Source of the DNA: Eutreptiella sp. 'Long Island Sound 2002'
Lineage: Eukaryota > Protista > Euglenida
Assembly (NCBI GenBank): GCA_964036045.1
Contig: OZ038378.1
Span: forward strand, 21,018,001 to 21,082,000
Direction: 5' to 3'
DNA: 64,000 bases
A program made the translations under genes and the position numbers. The notes beneath the pieces are model-generated. The model made no database searches, had not been told where the DNA came from, and saw only the letters and a list, made by a program, of their open reading frames with translations. Shown here piece after piece: positions 1 through 14,200 of the stretch (its first letter is position 1; every line of letters begins with the position of its first letter).

Positions 1-2052
1 ACCTGCTGAAGCGGCCCGAGGGATCCCGGTGTTGGGGCTGCTGAGGATGGTAGCCTGAAGCCCCCCGCGCACCGGGGGAACACCGAGTTGTGGCCGCTAG
101 TTTTGGCTGGCGTTCGAGGCGCGTTAACATTATTCGTGTTGTCTGCGCTCGGGGGGAAATGTTTGAAGTTCACCTGCAAACTTCGCATTCCCTCTTTTTG
201 CACGAGTGATGTTTCTGCCCCCGCTGGTGTGTGCAAAGTTTGGGGGAGGGGGGGACAATGAGGCATACGTTCCACCGACCAATACAAAATAACATCTGTG
301 CATTTATGGGGGGGCCTGCGCAGCCACCCATTTGTTCCAGAGTATTGCCAAGAGGGCTCGAAGTATCCCGAATACCACGACTCACACCTAACAAACACTG
401 TCTCCATGCACCCCTCCCGGCGCCAGCGGGCCTTGTTTGCCAACAAAGCCCAAGGCCGTGAGGTTTGGAGGGTGCTTGCATGTGGGTTGTGAATCACCAG
501 TGTTGCCCATCACAGGCGCGCTGCATGGTGCGGCTCTCGGCCACCACCCCATTGCGGTCTGCTCGCGCCCCTGCCGCATGTTATTGGAGCCAAACCCTCC
601 CACTGGACACCTCTTTATCTCGTTGCCTCCACCGCCCCTGCCACAGTTTATTTTCCGTTGGGCCCCGTTCGCGTCACCACACATCCACTGCCTCGGTAGG
701 GGACAATGAGCTGGGCCTTGAACCCTGCAATTGCTCTATTGGATCATTCTGCACCGCCATCACTGCTTACCACAATGGCCTACATGCCTGCCTGCCTGCC
801 TGTCTGTCTGTCTTTGTTGGGAGGATGCTGGTACCAGGGACAAAGTTGGTTGAGCAAGAGTGCTTACAGCTGCCATGGCCACACAGATGAGAGGTTGCAT
901 GCATATGCCCACCACAGTACTAAATGAAGAAGGCCCCAGCCAGAGCAGTATGGATCCCCACAAACAGACAGACACAGATGCACACGGGGACAATGAGAAG
1001 CACCAACATGTGGGGAGCTTAGGCGTTTCATCCAAGCACCATAATCAGCACCCACCACTGGAGGCCTTGGACAGCCAGGTTAGGAGCCACCCCTGTTGCA
1101 TGCACCCCAACCCTGCACAGCCTGAAGTCGGTGGTAGGGCCAATGTCAGGCAGAATAGGACGTTCCAATGTATTGGAAATCGGATTTGAGGGTAGCAAAA
1201 TCAAGGGCCATCTTTCCTAAGGCCCCGCAAACACTGCCGATGCACAAACCGAAGGGTGTTGCATGTACAAGACACAGGGCCGTCGCGAATTAAAGGACAA
1301 AAAAGGAATTATTGTGGCACCGCTGCCATCAGTTGCTACCAACTGCCATGGGCACACCATCCTCTCATCACCAGCACCTCAGCACTTGCATCTCGTCCCA
1401 GATCAATTTGGGTACTCTGCCTTGCCCTGCCCTGCCCTGCTTTGTTGCCTGTTTCAATCCATTCCACTCCCTGTTCAATGTTCTCACACAAGGGTCTCAG
1501 CCACCAGTTTTTATTCTGCACCAACATGGCCAGGGTGCCAAGGGGGGATGCGGGGTCCGTAAACTCAGTGATGCCGAACAAAAAAAGGGTGGTTTATCAA
1601 TTTCCATTCTACACAAATTATGGCGTTTTAGTCCCCCTCATGCAGTAGACTGTTTGTGTCCGTGGAGGGTTGTAGAGGGCCGTGGAGGGGTGTGGAGGTT
1701 TGTACAAGATGGATTGTGGGTCTCAGTAGCTACTGCCATTCTGCCTTAGCCAGCCATCAGGCAGGAACCACTGAGCCACATCGGTGCATCGTCATCCGGA
1801 GGTTGATGGGGAAGCCCAACAAACCCAGCGTGCCATGTCTTGGTAAAGATGCATCACTGATGCGGGTTCACTGGAGCTCTGGTGGTATGCTGAGAAGCGT
1901 CGCAGTGATTGAAAGCCACTCTGCAATTCTCCACACCTCTCCACACCTCTCCACGACCCTCCAGCCTCTGCCATGCACGGCGTTCTTGAGCCTTATGCAG
2001 CTCTGTGGACAGCGTACATTTTGCATTTTTGTTGCTTTGTTGGTTTCCTCAG

Positions 2053-2220
2053 CACCGGTGCATTGTGCGGTCGGCCAGTGGGGATCGTGGAGCACCTGCA
2101 CACAAACATGCGACGGTGGGATGCAGACACGGACGAGAGAGATCACTGTTGCAGCGGCGAATGGCGGTACAGCCTGTCCTCAGACGGAAGACACACAGAC
2201 ATGTAACACAGAGGCCTGCG
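2053..2220 (+). CDS. Exon: thrombospondin type-1 repeat (copy a)
   Basis: CAVGQWGSWSTCTQTCDGGMQTRTR...CPQTEDTQTCNTEAC has the WxxWxxCxxxC..G..RxR signature. Boundaries tcctcag| and |gtatgc. Confidence 0.93.
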
Positions 2221-5200
2221 GTATGCGCCCTTTGCAGAGGCTCACAGGGCGGAGGATTCAGGGATCATGAACCCTCCCCACCCAAAGATCTGGAGTGTAC
2301 AGGGGGCAGGGATAGTCCATGCAGGCTATTGAGATATGGGTCAAAACATGCCAGGGCATGTGCTGGTCTCTTTATGGAGGTCAAGCCTCAGGTGTACTTT
2401 CGTGCTTCTGTTTTAAATCCTTAGGGTATTGGCACAGAGGGGGAGTATGAGAGTATGTTTACCGAGCTGGGTTTACCCTGTCGAGGTCTTACACCCCTTC
2501 TTAGGGTCCAAGGGTGAGCAACACGTTTTAGCAAGCAGCAGCAAGCAGCAGCAAGCAGCAGGTGATTAAAAAGTCCTCACCGTGGCTCAAAACCGGCATC
2601 CAAGTAGCTCAAAATGACCGGGGAGCAAACGCGCATCACCACAAACAGGTTCCGTGCCGTTTTGAGCCGTCTAGCCCGTTCCAGGGCCGATTTAGTGTCC
2701 AAAAACGGCCGTTTTTGGGCTGTCGCGATCGTCCTGAAAACTCAGGACGATCGCCGGTGTGCCAAGTCGGTGTTTTCAATGAGGGTTGTTCTTTCACAGC
2801 AATTGGGCTATTAAATGATCGCAAATGGGTGTTCAATAAGGCATGTACCATGCCGTGGTGCCACACGGTGGTCCATTTTGAGGTAAAAACGAGCCCCTTT
2901 TGAGCTGTGTTTCAAGACGATGCAAGGACGATGCAAGCACATCTGCAAAGCAAGCGGTCTTTCTTCCACGGTGATTTCCAATGCGTTACGCAAGACTAGG
3001 ACCCAGCTCGGTCCTAGTTTGAGTCTTGATAGCGTGCCGGGCAAAGTTTTCTCCTATTTTCCCCCAGTTCTCCCCCTCTTTTCCCATTTTTTGTCCCTGT
3101 GTTGGGGACCCGTTGTTGTTTGAAAACGGGTATTTTGATGCTTCTTTCGCATTGGGGATATGGTATATTTGGGTTTTCACCCAGTTTCACCCATTTTCAC
3201 CTTTTTTCAACCATTTTTTGCTCATTTCCACCACATCCACTTCTTTCTAGGTTGATTTCTGCCCACCATGGGGACCCCGAGAATACACCCTATATTATTT
3301 CCTTGGGACACAATCCTAGGCAGGGGTTATGGGTGTCGAATAACAATGCATGACAGCTTTCTTTGTCACCCGCAGTTGTGCTTTGTTCTGTCATTCGTGC
3401 TTGGCGTTCCTGGGCTGGAGGAGGGAGTGATGTTTGGTGGTAAAGCATTGAGATAGATGGCCGGAATCCAATTGGTTTGGATGCCGGGCGTGTGCCCGGC
3501 AAACGCACCCTCTATGGGGTTGCACCTCTTCTGCAGTGTGGGATCCAACGCTCCCTCTGGCTGGAGCTAAAAACACTATTTGTCTTGACATTGGCGACCC
3601 TTGAACTCTTCATGTGCCTTGGTGAGTTCCTAGGGGTGTTTGTAAGGCATTGGGGCTGGCTCATGACACGTCATTCTCAATTCTAGAACAGAACTGGGGT
3701 GCCGTGCAGGAAGGGTCCGCTAGGAAGGGTCCCAAAACGGGGGCCCATTCCCCTGGTGAAAGTAATGCTGCACATTTTGAATTCGAGTTTGCGTTGTTCA
3801 GGGGTTGCATGGGCGAGGTGCAATCGGATGTAGTTTGAAAAGGCAGAAACCCATTCCTCGAAGTGATAGGAACCTCTTCCTGCTTTGGGCAGGAAACCCC
3901 TCCTGACCAAGAACCCTTCCTAGAAACCCCTTCCTATGACCCTTTCCGCCCCTTCTTACTTTTCTCATTCTCAGGTGCCTGGTGCATTAAGGGAGGGAAG
4001 GTGGTCTTGCATTATGGGAGTTCTGGGAGGCCTGTCAAGCAATCAACCACCCTGCCCTCTTTCTATGTTCTTTGTGATCCTTCGCTTCACACAAGTAATA
4101 TTTTGTGGCCCAATTGCCAGGGGAATGGGTACAACGCACTGTGGACACGGTGGGAACACATTTGGTGGACGTTTTCAGGATAGTCCTTCAAACTTGCTCA
4201 TCGTGATGAAATGGCCACCAAATACTACATTTGGGCGGAAATGGTTGCTGAAGGGGATTTTGGTTGGGTGCGATCTAGTGCAGTGCACAACTGCATTTGT
4301 GTTTGTGGTAGTAGCAAATCCTGGTGTACATGAGTTCTACTTGCATTTGACAACAAGGGACACGGACATTCTTCTTGAATGAAAAGCGACAATCACATGC
4401 CTCGTCCGCATCCGACTACAACTTGGGCTTTGATTCCAACTCCGTCTCAAACACCAACTCCAAAACCAACTCTGACAGAGCACACAGCACCGTGAACCCC
4501 TTTGCATTTCTGTTGCTTTGCTGGTCTCCTCAGCAGTGGATTGTGTGGTTGGCCAGTGGGGATCGTGGAGCACCTGCACACAAACATGCGACGGTGGGAT
4601 GCAGACACGGACGAGAGAGATCACTGTTGCAGCGGCGAATGGCGGTACAGCCTGTCCTCAGACGGAAGACACACAGACATGTAACACAGAGGCCTGCGGT
4701 ATGCGCCCTTTGCAGAGGCTAACAGGGATTGCGCTGTCTCTTGGCGAAGGTTTCACGACATATGTTCAGGGATCACGAACCCAAAGTGCCGGTGGCAGAG
4801 GCCTTGCATTCAGTCATTCCCAAACTGTGAAATTTGGAGGGTGCTCCCCACCACCACTGATGTGGGAATCGTGATACAGGGCCAGAACAGTGGGGTACCC
4901 CACAAATGTGAGCGCGGAACACATCAGCGCAGTTTTCTGTGCGCCATGGCCATGTCCGTGTAAAGAGAAAAGGCCTAAGAGGGCTGATGCACCAATGGAA
5001 CATCAGAGAATGGCACAAAAATGTTTCGTTTGGGGATTCTCATATGTGTGCACAAGTATAATTTCCATGCCCTGCTATCCCTACGATGCTGCCGTGGCAT
5101 GCAAAAAAGCGTTCTCTATGCCTATTCTGCCCCAAGTGGTTACAAAAACATGGTTCAGGGTTCGGCCTCCTAACTTGCTCCCGCTCGCCATGATGACCAG

Positions 5201-8200
5201 ACTCGGTAATCTACTCTCATGGTCCCAGGTGGGAGGGTGACTCCATCTGTGCCCCCTGCTGTTGTTGCTCAATGCATCAACAAAGTGTAACTCGTGGTGT
5301 GTTGCATTGCACCATCACATTAGGGGGTGCTTATCCTGCGGCGCCTGTGGCGTGCCCTGCAGCACACAATTTGGGTAATTATCTTGGAACAGAGGCAATA
5401 TAGTGGTACATAAACACATGCATTTTTTCTGCAACGCATACCCCTATATTTTTGTTGGTTGCCGCCTCTGTAGAGAGCAATGGTGTCAACAGATCCACGT
5501 GCACAGACCTTTTTTGTTCCGGTGTATACTTCCTGGACAGTGTACACTAAAGCTAATTACCCTTTCCCTGCGGTGCCTGCGGCGCACAGTAAGCGCTCCC
5601 TTAGCCCTTCTGGATGCTCTCATTGCAAACACGTTGGCTTCCATCCACTATTTGTCCTCTTCCCCCTCTTACAAGCAATTTAGGTACGTGGAAAGTTACT
5701 GGTCCTCCCTTCTGTGTAATTTGAGCATTGAAGAGTGCAAATCCAAACGCCCATATACTGATGGTTGATGAGGATCTATTGAAATTATTTTAGCGTATCC
5801 ATCACAAAAGTGGTGCCATCCACTTCTCTTACATCGCCGGTTGTGGTGTGTTCACTTGCAACACCGAAGTTGGCTTCAAGCTTGTCCGTTTGCTTGTTTT
5901 GAATACCTTTCAATGCAAATGACCTTACAATCGGTGCGTCTTGTTTTTCTTCGGTTCCGTATGCAGCAAAAAAAAATGGGCCCTCTTTCAAGATATTTTG
6001 GGCACACCATGGGTGACAACAACGGATTGCAGTGGGAATGGGGCTTTTCACTTTTGTTACTAACCAACATTCCCTAACTCACCACCACCCTAAAAAATGG
6101 GAAAACAGGGGGTGGGGTGGGCTTGGGGTGGGGGGCTAATGACGTTATTGAGGACCATTGGAAATTTGGCCAGAGTGCAGCCCTTGTCTGCCCGTCCACT
6201 GTGTTGGTGAGGAACAATATCTGGCCGTGGTCCATCAATCCTGCGGACACAGTAGCCCAGCCCGGCCCTTACAGCCCTGCCAATGTCCTCAGGCACAGGC
6301 TGCAGCGCTGTGAATGTGTACATTGGGCCGCAGTGGGACAGTGGAACCAAAACGGTGGTAATCCCGTCGGATGTGACCTGGTGCCCGCCCGAATGTGACC
6401 GCCACTGCCGCGTCAACACCGATTGGCCGAACGCCGAGGACACATTTGCCGTGACGCTTCACGGCACGTCGGCCACGGTCACGCGCACAGACGTGTACGC
6501 GGCATGGGGTCTGGAGTTGACGCTTCCATGCTGCCGAGGTACGCGCTGCTGTAGGGCATGCCAAGCGTCCGTGCACACGGCTTTGCCCCGACACATGCCC
6601 CTCGCTTGAGCGGGGAGGGGGGGATCGCAACGTGTCCCGCTACCCTTGCATGCCCCTCAAGCACGGCACGTCCTCACGGGCACCAACTCAACAAGAAGAG
6701 GCCGCTGGTACGGCACGGGCGAGTGTGCGCTCCACTCGTGCCCACGTGGGGGTGTACCCTGTCAATTCCAACTGCGCTGCCCGGGTTCGCCGAGCCGTTC
6801 GCTCGTGACGGTCGCCCAGGGTGCCCTCACACCCCCGCACCCCCGCAGCAGCACCTCATGGGGCAGAGAAGGAAAAAAGCAAAACCAGCGCTCGGGAGTG
6901 GGGGCTTCACAACAGCAGGGGAATGGGGGGCAGGGGGGGCATCACGCAGGCACACACACCACCCGCGTCAACCATAACGGAGCTCACGCCACCCGCGAAG
7001 CGCACGCTACCCGCGACCATCAAGGAACGCGTCATGCGCACGCGCGACCCACGAAATGGTGGAGCGCATGGGTTGGACGGCCGGTAAAACGCGTGGAGGA
7101 GTGGGGCACGTGGGCCTCACGCACACGTAAACGCAGCGACGCAGGTGGTGGACGACTAGAGGGCGGAGGTGCATGGTTCTTAACGTATGCCCCCCTCCCC
7201 CCGCCGCCCATGTACAATGTACAATGGCGAGAGGCCAGTAGGCGCCGCCAAAGTCAAGCAAACCAACACCATGGCCTCGTGCCAACCTCCCCCCCCCCCC
7301 ACCGGCCAATACCATGCACTGATGCCTGGCTGGCGTTGCTATGGGCCCTCTTCCGAGAAGGAGATGCAGGTCTAGTGCATGTAGGCCCTGGGTGCAGGCA
7401 AGAGCTGTCGTTGGGGGTCTGCTTTCGTGATTTGGATGCCTCAGATACCTCGGATTCGCGAGTTTGGGGTCAGAGACGCGCACTTGCGCCCCCCGCACGT
7501 GTCATCATTGTACTTGTCGCCTGCACACCGAGCGGACACTCCTTTGATGCCCCCCCGCCCCCGCCCCCCCCCCCCCCACACACACTGTGCCATGCTGCCT
7601 CCCTCCCCTTCACCTGACGTGCAGACACACTCGCGCCGGTGGATTGTGAAGTGGGCGATTGGGACCCGTGGAGCCCCTGCACTCAGGCCTGCGACAGTGG
7701 CACTCAGACGAGGACCAGGGCCATCACAACCCACCCAGCCCACGGCGGTGCTGCGTGTCCCGTTACGCAAGCGTCGCGGCTGTGCAACACTCATGACTGT
7801 GGTATGTGGACACGCCGGCAGATTCTGAGGAGTGGGTGGGGGGGGGGGGGATGTTGTTGTGTGACGTTGGTGGTCAGCGCATCGCCGGCTATTGGCCCCT
7901 CTGGCCCTTCTTGGGCCTGGGTCTGGGTCCTTCAGGCGTAGGTAGACGCAGGTTCTGTTCAAATTCTTTCTTCTGCCTGGGCTCCCTGACCAACGATGGG
8001 GGTCCCAGTTCCTGTCTCCAGGTACCCTCGATTGGCCCCCGACTACAGGGCCCCACCGGTGCTGTTTGCAGAGTTTCGTGAAATCAGGGTCAAAATCATG
8101 GATGTGGTTTTGGGCTGCCCCTGGTACTGTGCCCCCCCCCCCCCCCCGGAGGGGGTTGGGTGGTGGTATTGTGATGGTACAATCATGGTCCGGTGATGGA

Positions 8201-11200
8201 AAAGGACAGACATGTTTTGCAGCCTCGAGCCCCGCCCAGGGCCGGCTGTGTCGTGTTTGATAGCACTGACACCACCATTTGCACTGCAAGTACCGCAGTT
8301 TTCGGGAGTCTGGGTTGAAATGTTGGACCTTCCGAGATGCGCTATGCAGCAGATCTGACCCTTTGCCTTGGGGCAGTGGGACTGGGAGGCACACTGAGGT
8401 TTGAGAGGTCGTGAAAAACTTTTAGTATTCTCGAATATTCTGACTATCAAAAATGATCGGTGCTTGTGAACCTCGTTTTATACCCCCCTTTGCATGGTGC
8501 TGCAGAATGGGGGGGGGGTTGGCATTCCAAGCCGACCTCCATTCTAGGTTTTGGGGTGGTCAAAAATCGAAATATGGTTTTATCGAAGCGTGTTTTGGGG
8601 GCAGGCAACGCGTAATGTTCTTGCACAATGCGTTTGGGAACCAAATAATAGCGTATACTGACGCCAGGTTTGACACCGAGCAGCGGCTGTGGGGAACTGT
8701 TGTTGGGAAAGAAATATTCACATGGAAGGGCGCTAGGTAGGACGCATTGGTGGGTGAGAGAGGCAAGCAATGCCTCATGTTCGTGCAAAATATCGTTGGG
8801 AGCCAAACATGCCCATTGATTGGTGTTCGGCAGGAACACAGCGGTGTAAGGGGGGGGGGCAAGCAATGCAAAATGCTCACATAAAGTGTCTTTGGCAACC
8901 AAACAAGAGCATGAATTGCTCGATAGAATGCCATGGGGTGGATGGATGGATGGGTGGGTGGGGGGACAAGCAATTCATATTGTTCAGGTAAAACGTCGTT
9001 GGGAACCAAACGTGTACATGAGGCGCTAGGTAGGGCACCCGGCAGTGGTTTTGGGTACACTGCTGTTGGGAACCAAACATATACATGGATGGGCGCCATC
9101 TATTGTGGTGTGCCGTGGTTTCTACTCTTCACATGGGATGGAGGTTGTCAGAGGCAGGAGTGAGGCATTGGGTTGGGATATTTGCGTGCTGAAAGCCCAA
9201 GTCATATGAAGCAGTTTGCTGCAAAAAAGGCAAGCGCTCCATTGACCAGTTTCTATGCAGGAAAATTGATGGTCCTGCCGCTCCTCCTCAACCTGTCTGT
9301 GAAGGGGGGTGCGGCTAGCTGCCTCACACAAAAAACAGATTCAAGGGCCCGGTCCTCAGTACCCTGGGTCTTCAGGTCCGGGTTGCATATTGAAGTGAGC
9401 TTGGGGTGCGTGGTTTTGTTGCGGCTGGCCGGCTCAACCATGTCGGGGGATGTCGTTCTAGGTCGGAGCAAGCGGGGGTGATTGGGCATACAATGTTGGC
9501 CGCGTTGCATGCCTATGAGCGTCGCATGCTCCGGTGTTCTTCCCCCGCCAGCATCCCGCCACGCCGCACCATTCCACACCACACCTGCACCACGCCACGA
9601 AACACCCCCACCCCACGCATGTGCGTTAGGCATGCCCTCTGTGTTCGTGGATATGCACGCTTTGCTGCAAGTGCGATTGTGCATTGGCATTGTGTCTGTT
9701 TCCACAGCCCCCATCGCACGTGTCTTCAGACTCTGGTTGCTATCCTGTGGAGGTGTACATCGGACCGTCCCCTACTCACATAAAGGTAAAGGACGTCCCT
9801 GCGGATGTGACGTCCTGCACGTCGCCGTGTGACAAGGATTGCCGCACAAACACCGATTGGCCCGGAGCCTGGGACATATTTGAGGTGACAGTGCAGGACA
9901 GCAAGGCCACAGTCACGAGGACGGATGCCCCTAATGGATGGGGAATGGAACTGAAGATTCCGTGCTGCGGAAGTATATGCTGCTGCGCCTTTGGCCCCAA
10001 CGCCACCCCAGGGCATTGCCCAAGCCGCAGTCCATGCCCTCTTTTGTGGAAGTAGATGGACAGCCCGACAAAACAATTGAGAGATCCCTTCGCATAGTTT
10101 ACGATTGCTTTTCTGTGTGGGGTCACTGGGATGGGGTCGGAAGGCTGTGCGTCTTCGTGTTTAGGATGTGCGCCCTTGTGTTTGGGACCTCTACATCAGA
10201 AGATGCGCGCGTCCTCGTCATGTGCCTACCCCCAGCCCCCACCCCTCGACCCACCCACCTCCCCAGCCCCAGCCCTTACTAATTGCGCAAGACTTTTCCT
10301 CCGCGCCTTCGGTGCAATTCTTCGTCTCGGTCGCAAACAGCCGCCTCGTTGGCTGGAGATGTGCATGTGCAATTGGCCCTCTCCCCATTCACCAACAGTC
10401 TCCACTGCATGTGTCGTTCTTGTCTTCCGGGAGGTACCGTGTGGCACCACCGCAACTGACGGTCTCGTAGATTGATAAAGTCCTTGGTCTACCCCCACCC
10501 CTGCCCCTGCCTCTGCTACGGCTCACATACCTCAGGCTCAACCCGAGTCATCGACAACCCCGCGGAAGTCAGCAGTGGCGGCGACACTAAAGGGCTTTGG
10601 GACACCGTCTACCCGCTGCTCGTGGTCGCACTACTGGGCACGATCGTGTGTCTCCTTGGGTTGCTGCACTGGCGCAGCGCGCAGCACAGCGCCGCCATCA
10701 AGGAGCTGGTGGCAGAGCACGCCCATGCACTGATTCGCGCCCCCTCGAAGGGCGTGTGTCCCTTGACTCGGACCCGTAGCAGCTGCAGCTACGCAGGGCC
10801 GGAGGCAGAGTTCGTCGGAAAGCGGGACGAGAGCTTTGAGCCGTACGGCGCGGGGTGTGTGCTCACGTCTCTGGCGGAGATGAGCGACGTCGATGTGGAG
10901 TGTGGGACGGAGTCCCCGCCGCACCTGACGCCGTTCCCGTCCTGGAAGACGCCCGGCAAGCCCCCTCCGCCGCCGTTCAGTGACAGGTGCTGCCCTCCTC
11001 AGGGCCCTGCTTTGGGTTTGTTTCCGTGGATACGGTTGTTGCGGATGGCACTGCACTGCGCTACACTCCACTGCACTGCCCAACTCCCCTGCCGCCCGTC
11101 CCTATGTAGCCACTGTGTTGCTGCGTCTTTGGCCCTGAGACAATGTGTGGCGAGCCATGATATACACCGCGCGGCACAAGCCGCCCCCTCCCCCTCGTAC

Positions 11201-14200
11201 GGACCGTTTTGCGGACCGATCAAGCGACTTTCCAGTCCCGCACTCCCTCTTGCCGCTGGGCTGTGGGCTGGAACAGCGGCTGCGTGGCCAACAGGGCCGG
11301 CGGTGGGTGTCCAGCCCTCTCCTGTGGTCCTTAATGCATCCTGGGCCGAGGGCTGCGGGGCCCAGCAGGGCGCCAGCCTCTGTGCGTATCACTGCCCGTT
11401 GCCGCATACTCATCCGTGACCTGTTGCCAGGCACCGACCCCCCTTCATTTTGTTGGGTACGCACGGTCTTTTATTGGCTGATGAGCATCTGTCTTACGTG
11501 CTGCTGGCGCGTGCATCGCACTGCCATGAGACAGCCTTCCAATCGGGGCTGCGTGACTGGATCCCCCCCCCCCCCAACCCCTGGAAAGGAAGCTCACTGT
11601 ACCCCAGTTCCCGACTGACTGCCCCACATCTGACCTGGGCCCCAAATTCAGAAAGGAAGCTACAATGGGCTGCTCCACATCAGCACGACGAGCGGGTGAA
11701 GCAAAGCCATCGCGTGCTGGCTGTTGCGTAGTGTGGTGGACACCCTGCCCCTGGGGGGGGAGGGTCAGCGGCCAAACGAAAGTTGGTGTACCTTGAATCG
11801 GCCTCAAATTTCTGGGCTCTTCAATAAATTTCGTTTTTTCTCTGAGGAAAGGTTTTCCGATGTGGGTGAAGGCTGGGTCGGCCGGGCTGGCAAGGGCGGA
11901 GGCCTGTGCTTAGTGGCTGGTTGATACTATACCCGGGGGGGGGGGGGGGTCAGAGGCCAGAAAAAATTTTGTGTACCTAAAATTGACCTCCCGGTTCGGG
12001 CCCCTTTGCTAAATTTCATTTTTTTCCTGAGGAAAAATTTTCTGATTTGGGTGGGTGCGTGGGTGGATCAGCCAAAATCCTGGGGGGTCCAATCCCCCCC
12101 CCCCCGTATCACTAAGCAAAGGCCTGCCAGGGCCCTAGACTACACGGAGACGGAGGGGGGCAGGGGGTCACGAAGCAATAGCCTGATCACGTGCTTTTGC
12201 TTTTGAATGCTTTTTGTGGGGCAGCGGCACCCCACTGCCTCGCGCTCTATCGCGCAGCGGGGGATTTCCTGGACGGAAGGACGGCACGAATCCAGGCGGA
12301 TGTGTTCGCTGGCAACGCTTTGTTTCATTTTTGTGGCTCCCACCCTGACTGAGACTGAGCCCCCCCCCCCCCCCCTGGGCCCTCTTTGGAGGTCCGATCA
12401 CTCTGCAACGGGTTGGGGTCGGGGAAAAGGATGTCTGCACATTTTCCTCTACCATGTAACTCCCCCCTCTTTGATGTGCAGCGAAGCGTGCCCCAGTGCC
12501 ACCCCAGACCGCACCCCCGCTGATATGAGCTCCGAGGACATCAGCCCCGATCTCCAAAAACTAACATCAGGTGTGCCTGCTGTTGTGCTGTGTCTGTGCC
12601 CCTCACGAGCATGGCGTTGTACCTGGTCGGAATTACCGAAAGTCTGGGGACACTGAAGGTTACGGGCACAGGCATGCCTTGACTCAGGAAAACAATTTGA
12701 GCAAAGCGAAGCGGTCGGACAGAAGTCACCTCGAAGATAGGGTGCTAGCCAAGCGCAGCTGTCAACACCATGCATGCCCCTTTTTGGCGGGGTATTGCAC
12801 GTAGCATGCCTCTTCTGTGGTGCACAGTACAAGGTGCCTTTGGAATCAGCCAGCCAGTGGAATGGATGTGCCATGCTCTGCGCATTGAGTGCCGCAGTCT
12901 CTCCTTTGTGGAGCGCGATGGTGTCAACAGTCTTCCATGTGGACCCCAAACCAATGCGCCCTGGGTTCTATCTCTGGGGACCTGAGCTTGGCATCCCTAT
13001 GGGCCCTGGCGATGAGGACTTTGCCATCTTCAGGCCGGAATGGATTTGCTGAAAAGTCGACTTTGTCCGGCAACCCCTGATGACCCCTGAGAACCCTGGG
13101 CCACGCTTGGGTAATCAGCTGGCAACAATGGCAGTTCTTATAGACCCATGGGGAGCCATGCAGCACCGATTAAGCCCACCTATTGGTGCCCACCCATATG
13201 GACCAATTGCAGGGTTTTGGGTTGTATCTCTGGGTACCTGAGATCTGTCCCCCTGTAGGGCCCCACCAGTGAGGGTTTTGCTGCTGCAGGCCGTCATGGG
13301 TTGGCTGAAATTCGATGTTTTCTGGCAACCCCCAACAACCCCTGGGGCCAGGCTTGGGTCACCATTTGGTTACAATGGCAGGACATACAAAGCTAGGCCC
13401 ACCTGTGGTGTGCATTTGCCCTGACAAGAACCGTTTTGGGCTGTTTTGGGCAGGGGGCTCTCCAGTGGACTGGTGCACAAATTGCTCATGCAGGTTTTCA
13501 CCCTGAAGAAAAATTGAAAATTCCCAGACTAATTTCGTTTGGTATGGTGACCACCCAGAAGGATGAATATCACATCTACAGCATGCTTTAGACCTTCTTG
13601 CTATGTTTTTCACATCATTTGTCCATTGTGTGCTTGGGTGGGTGTGTTGCGGCTTCCTAAGGGCCGGTACACCTGCTCATGCTGTTTTCAACCCTGAACA
13701 GCTCAAAAATATAAAAAATTCCAAGAGCGATTTGTTTGATATTGTGACCATCCATGGTGATCAAAGATCTCATGTACGGCGTGCTTTCGTCCTTCTTTGT
13801 GTGCATTTCATTTCATTGGGCCAGTGGGTACTGCCCAAGGGCCTCGTCCACCACCTGCTCATGCTTTTATTTCACCTGGAACAGCTTCAAAAAAAAAGGG
13901 CAGAATGAGGCAACTGTGAGCAATGGGACAGACATTCCACTCTCACCCACACAATTGCCCCCCCCCCCCCCCACCCACCCACCCAGACCCCCACCACACA
14001 GACATACTTCCCACTTCCCACCCACACCACAGCCTTTATGGAAAACCCTGACTTCTCCCAGAACTGACCCCGACCAACAAAGGCAGGTCACACAAACGAC
14101 ATGGCAGAGGACACCGGTTGCAATTCATGTGGACCACACTGCTTTTGTGGACCCCACCCCCAAATGAGGCCAGAAAGTGGGTTGGTTGGTGGCTATGTTG

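Noticed and set aside
12660-12804. Alternative terminal exon of the TSP1 gene
   Set aside because: Phase-compatible, but the acceptor lacks a pyrimidine tract; the exons at 14231 and 14809 have better sites.
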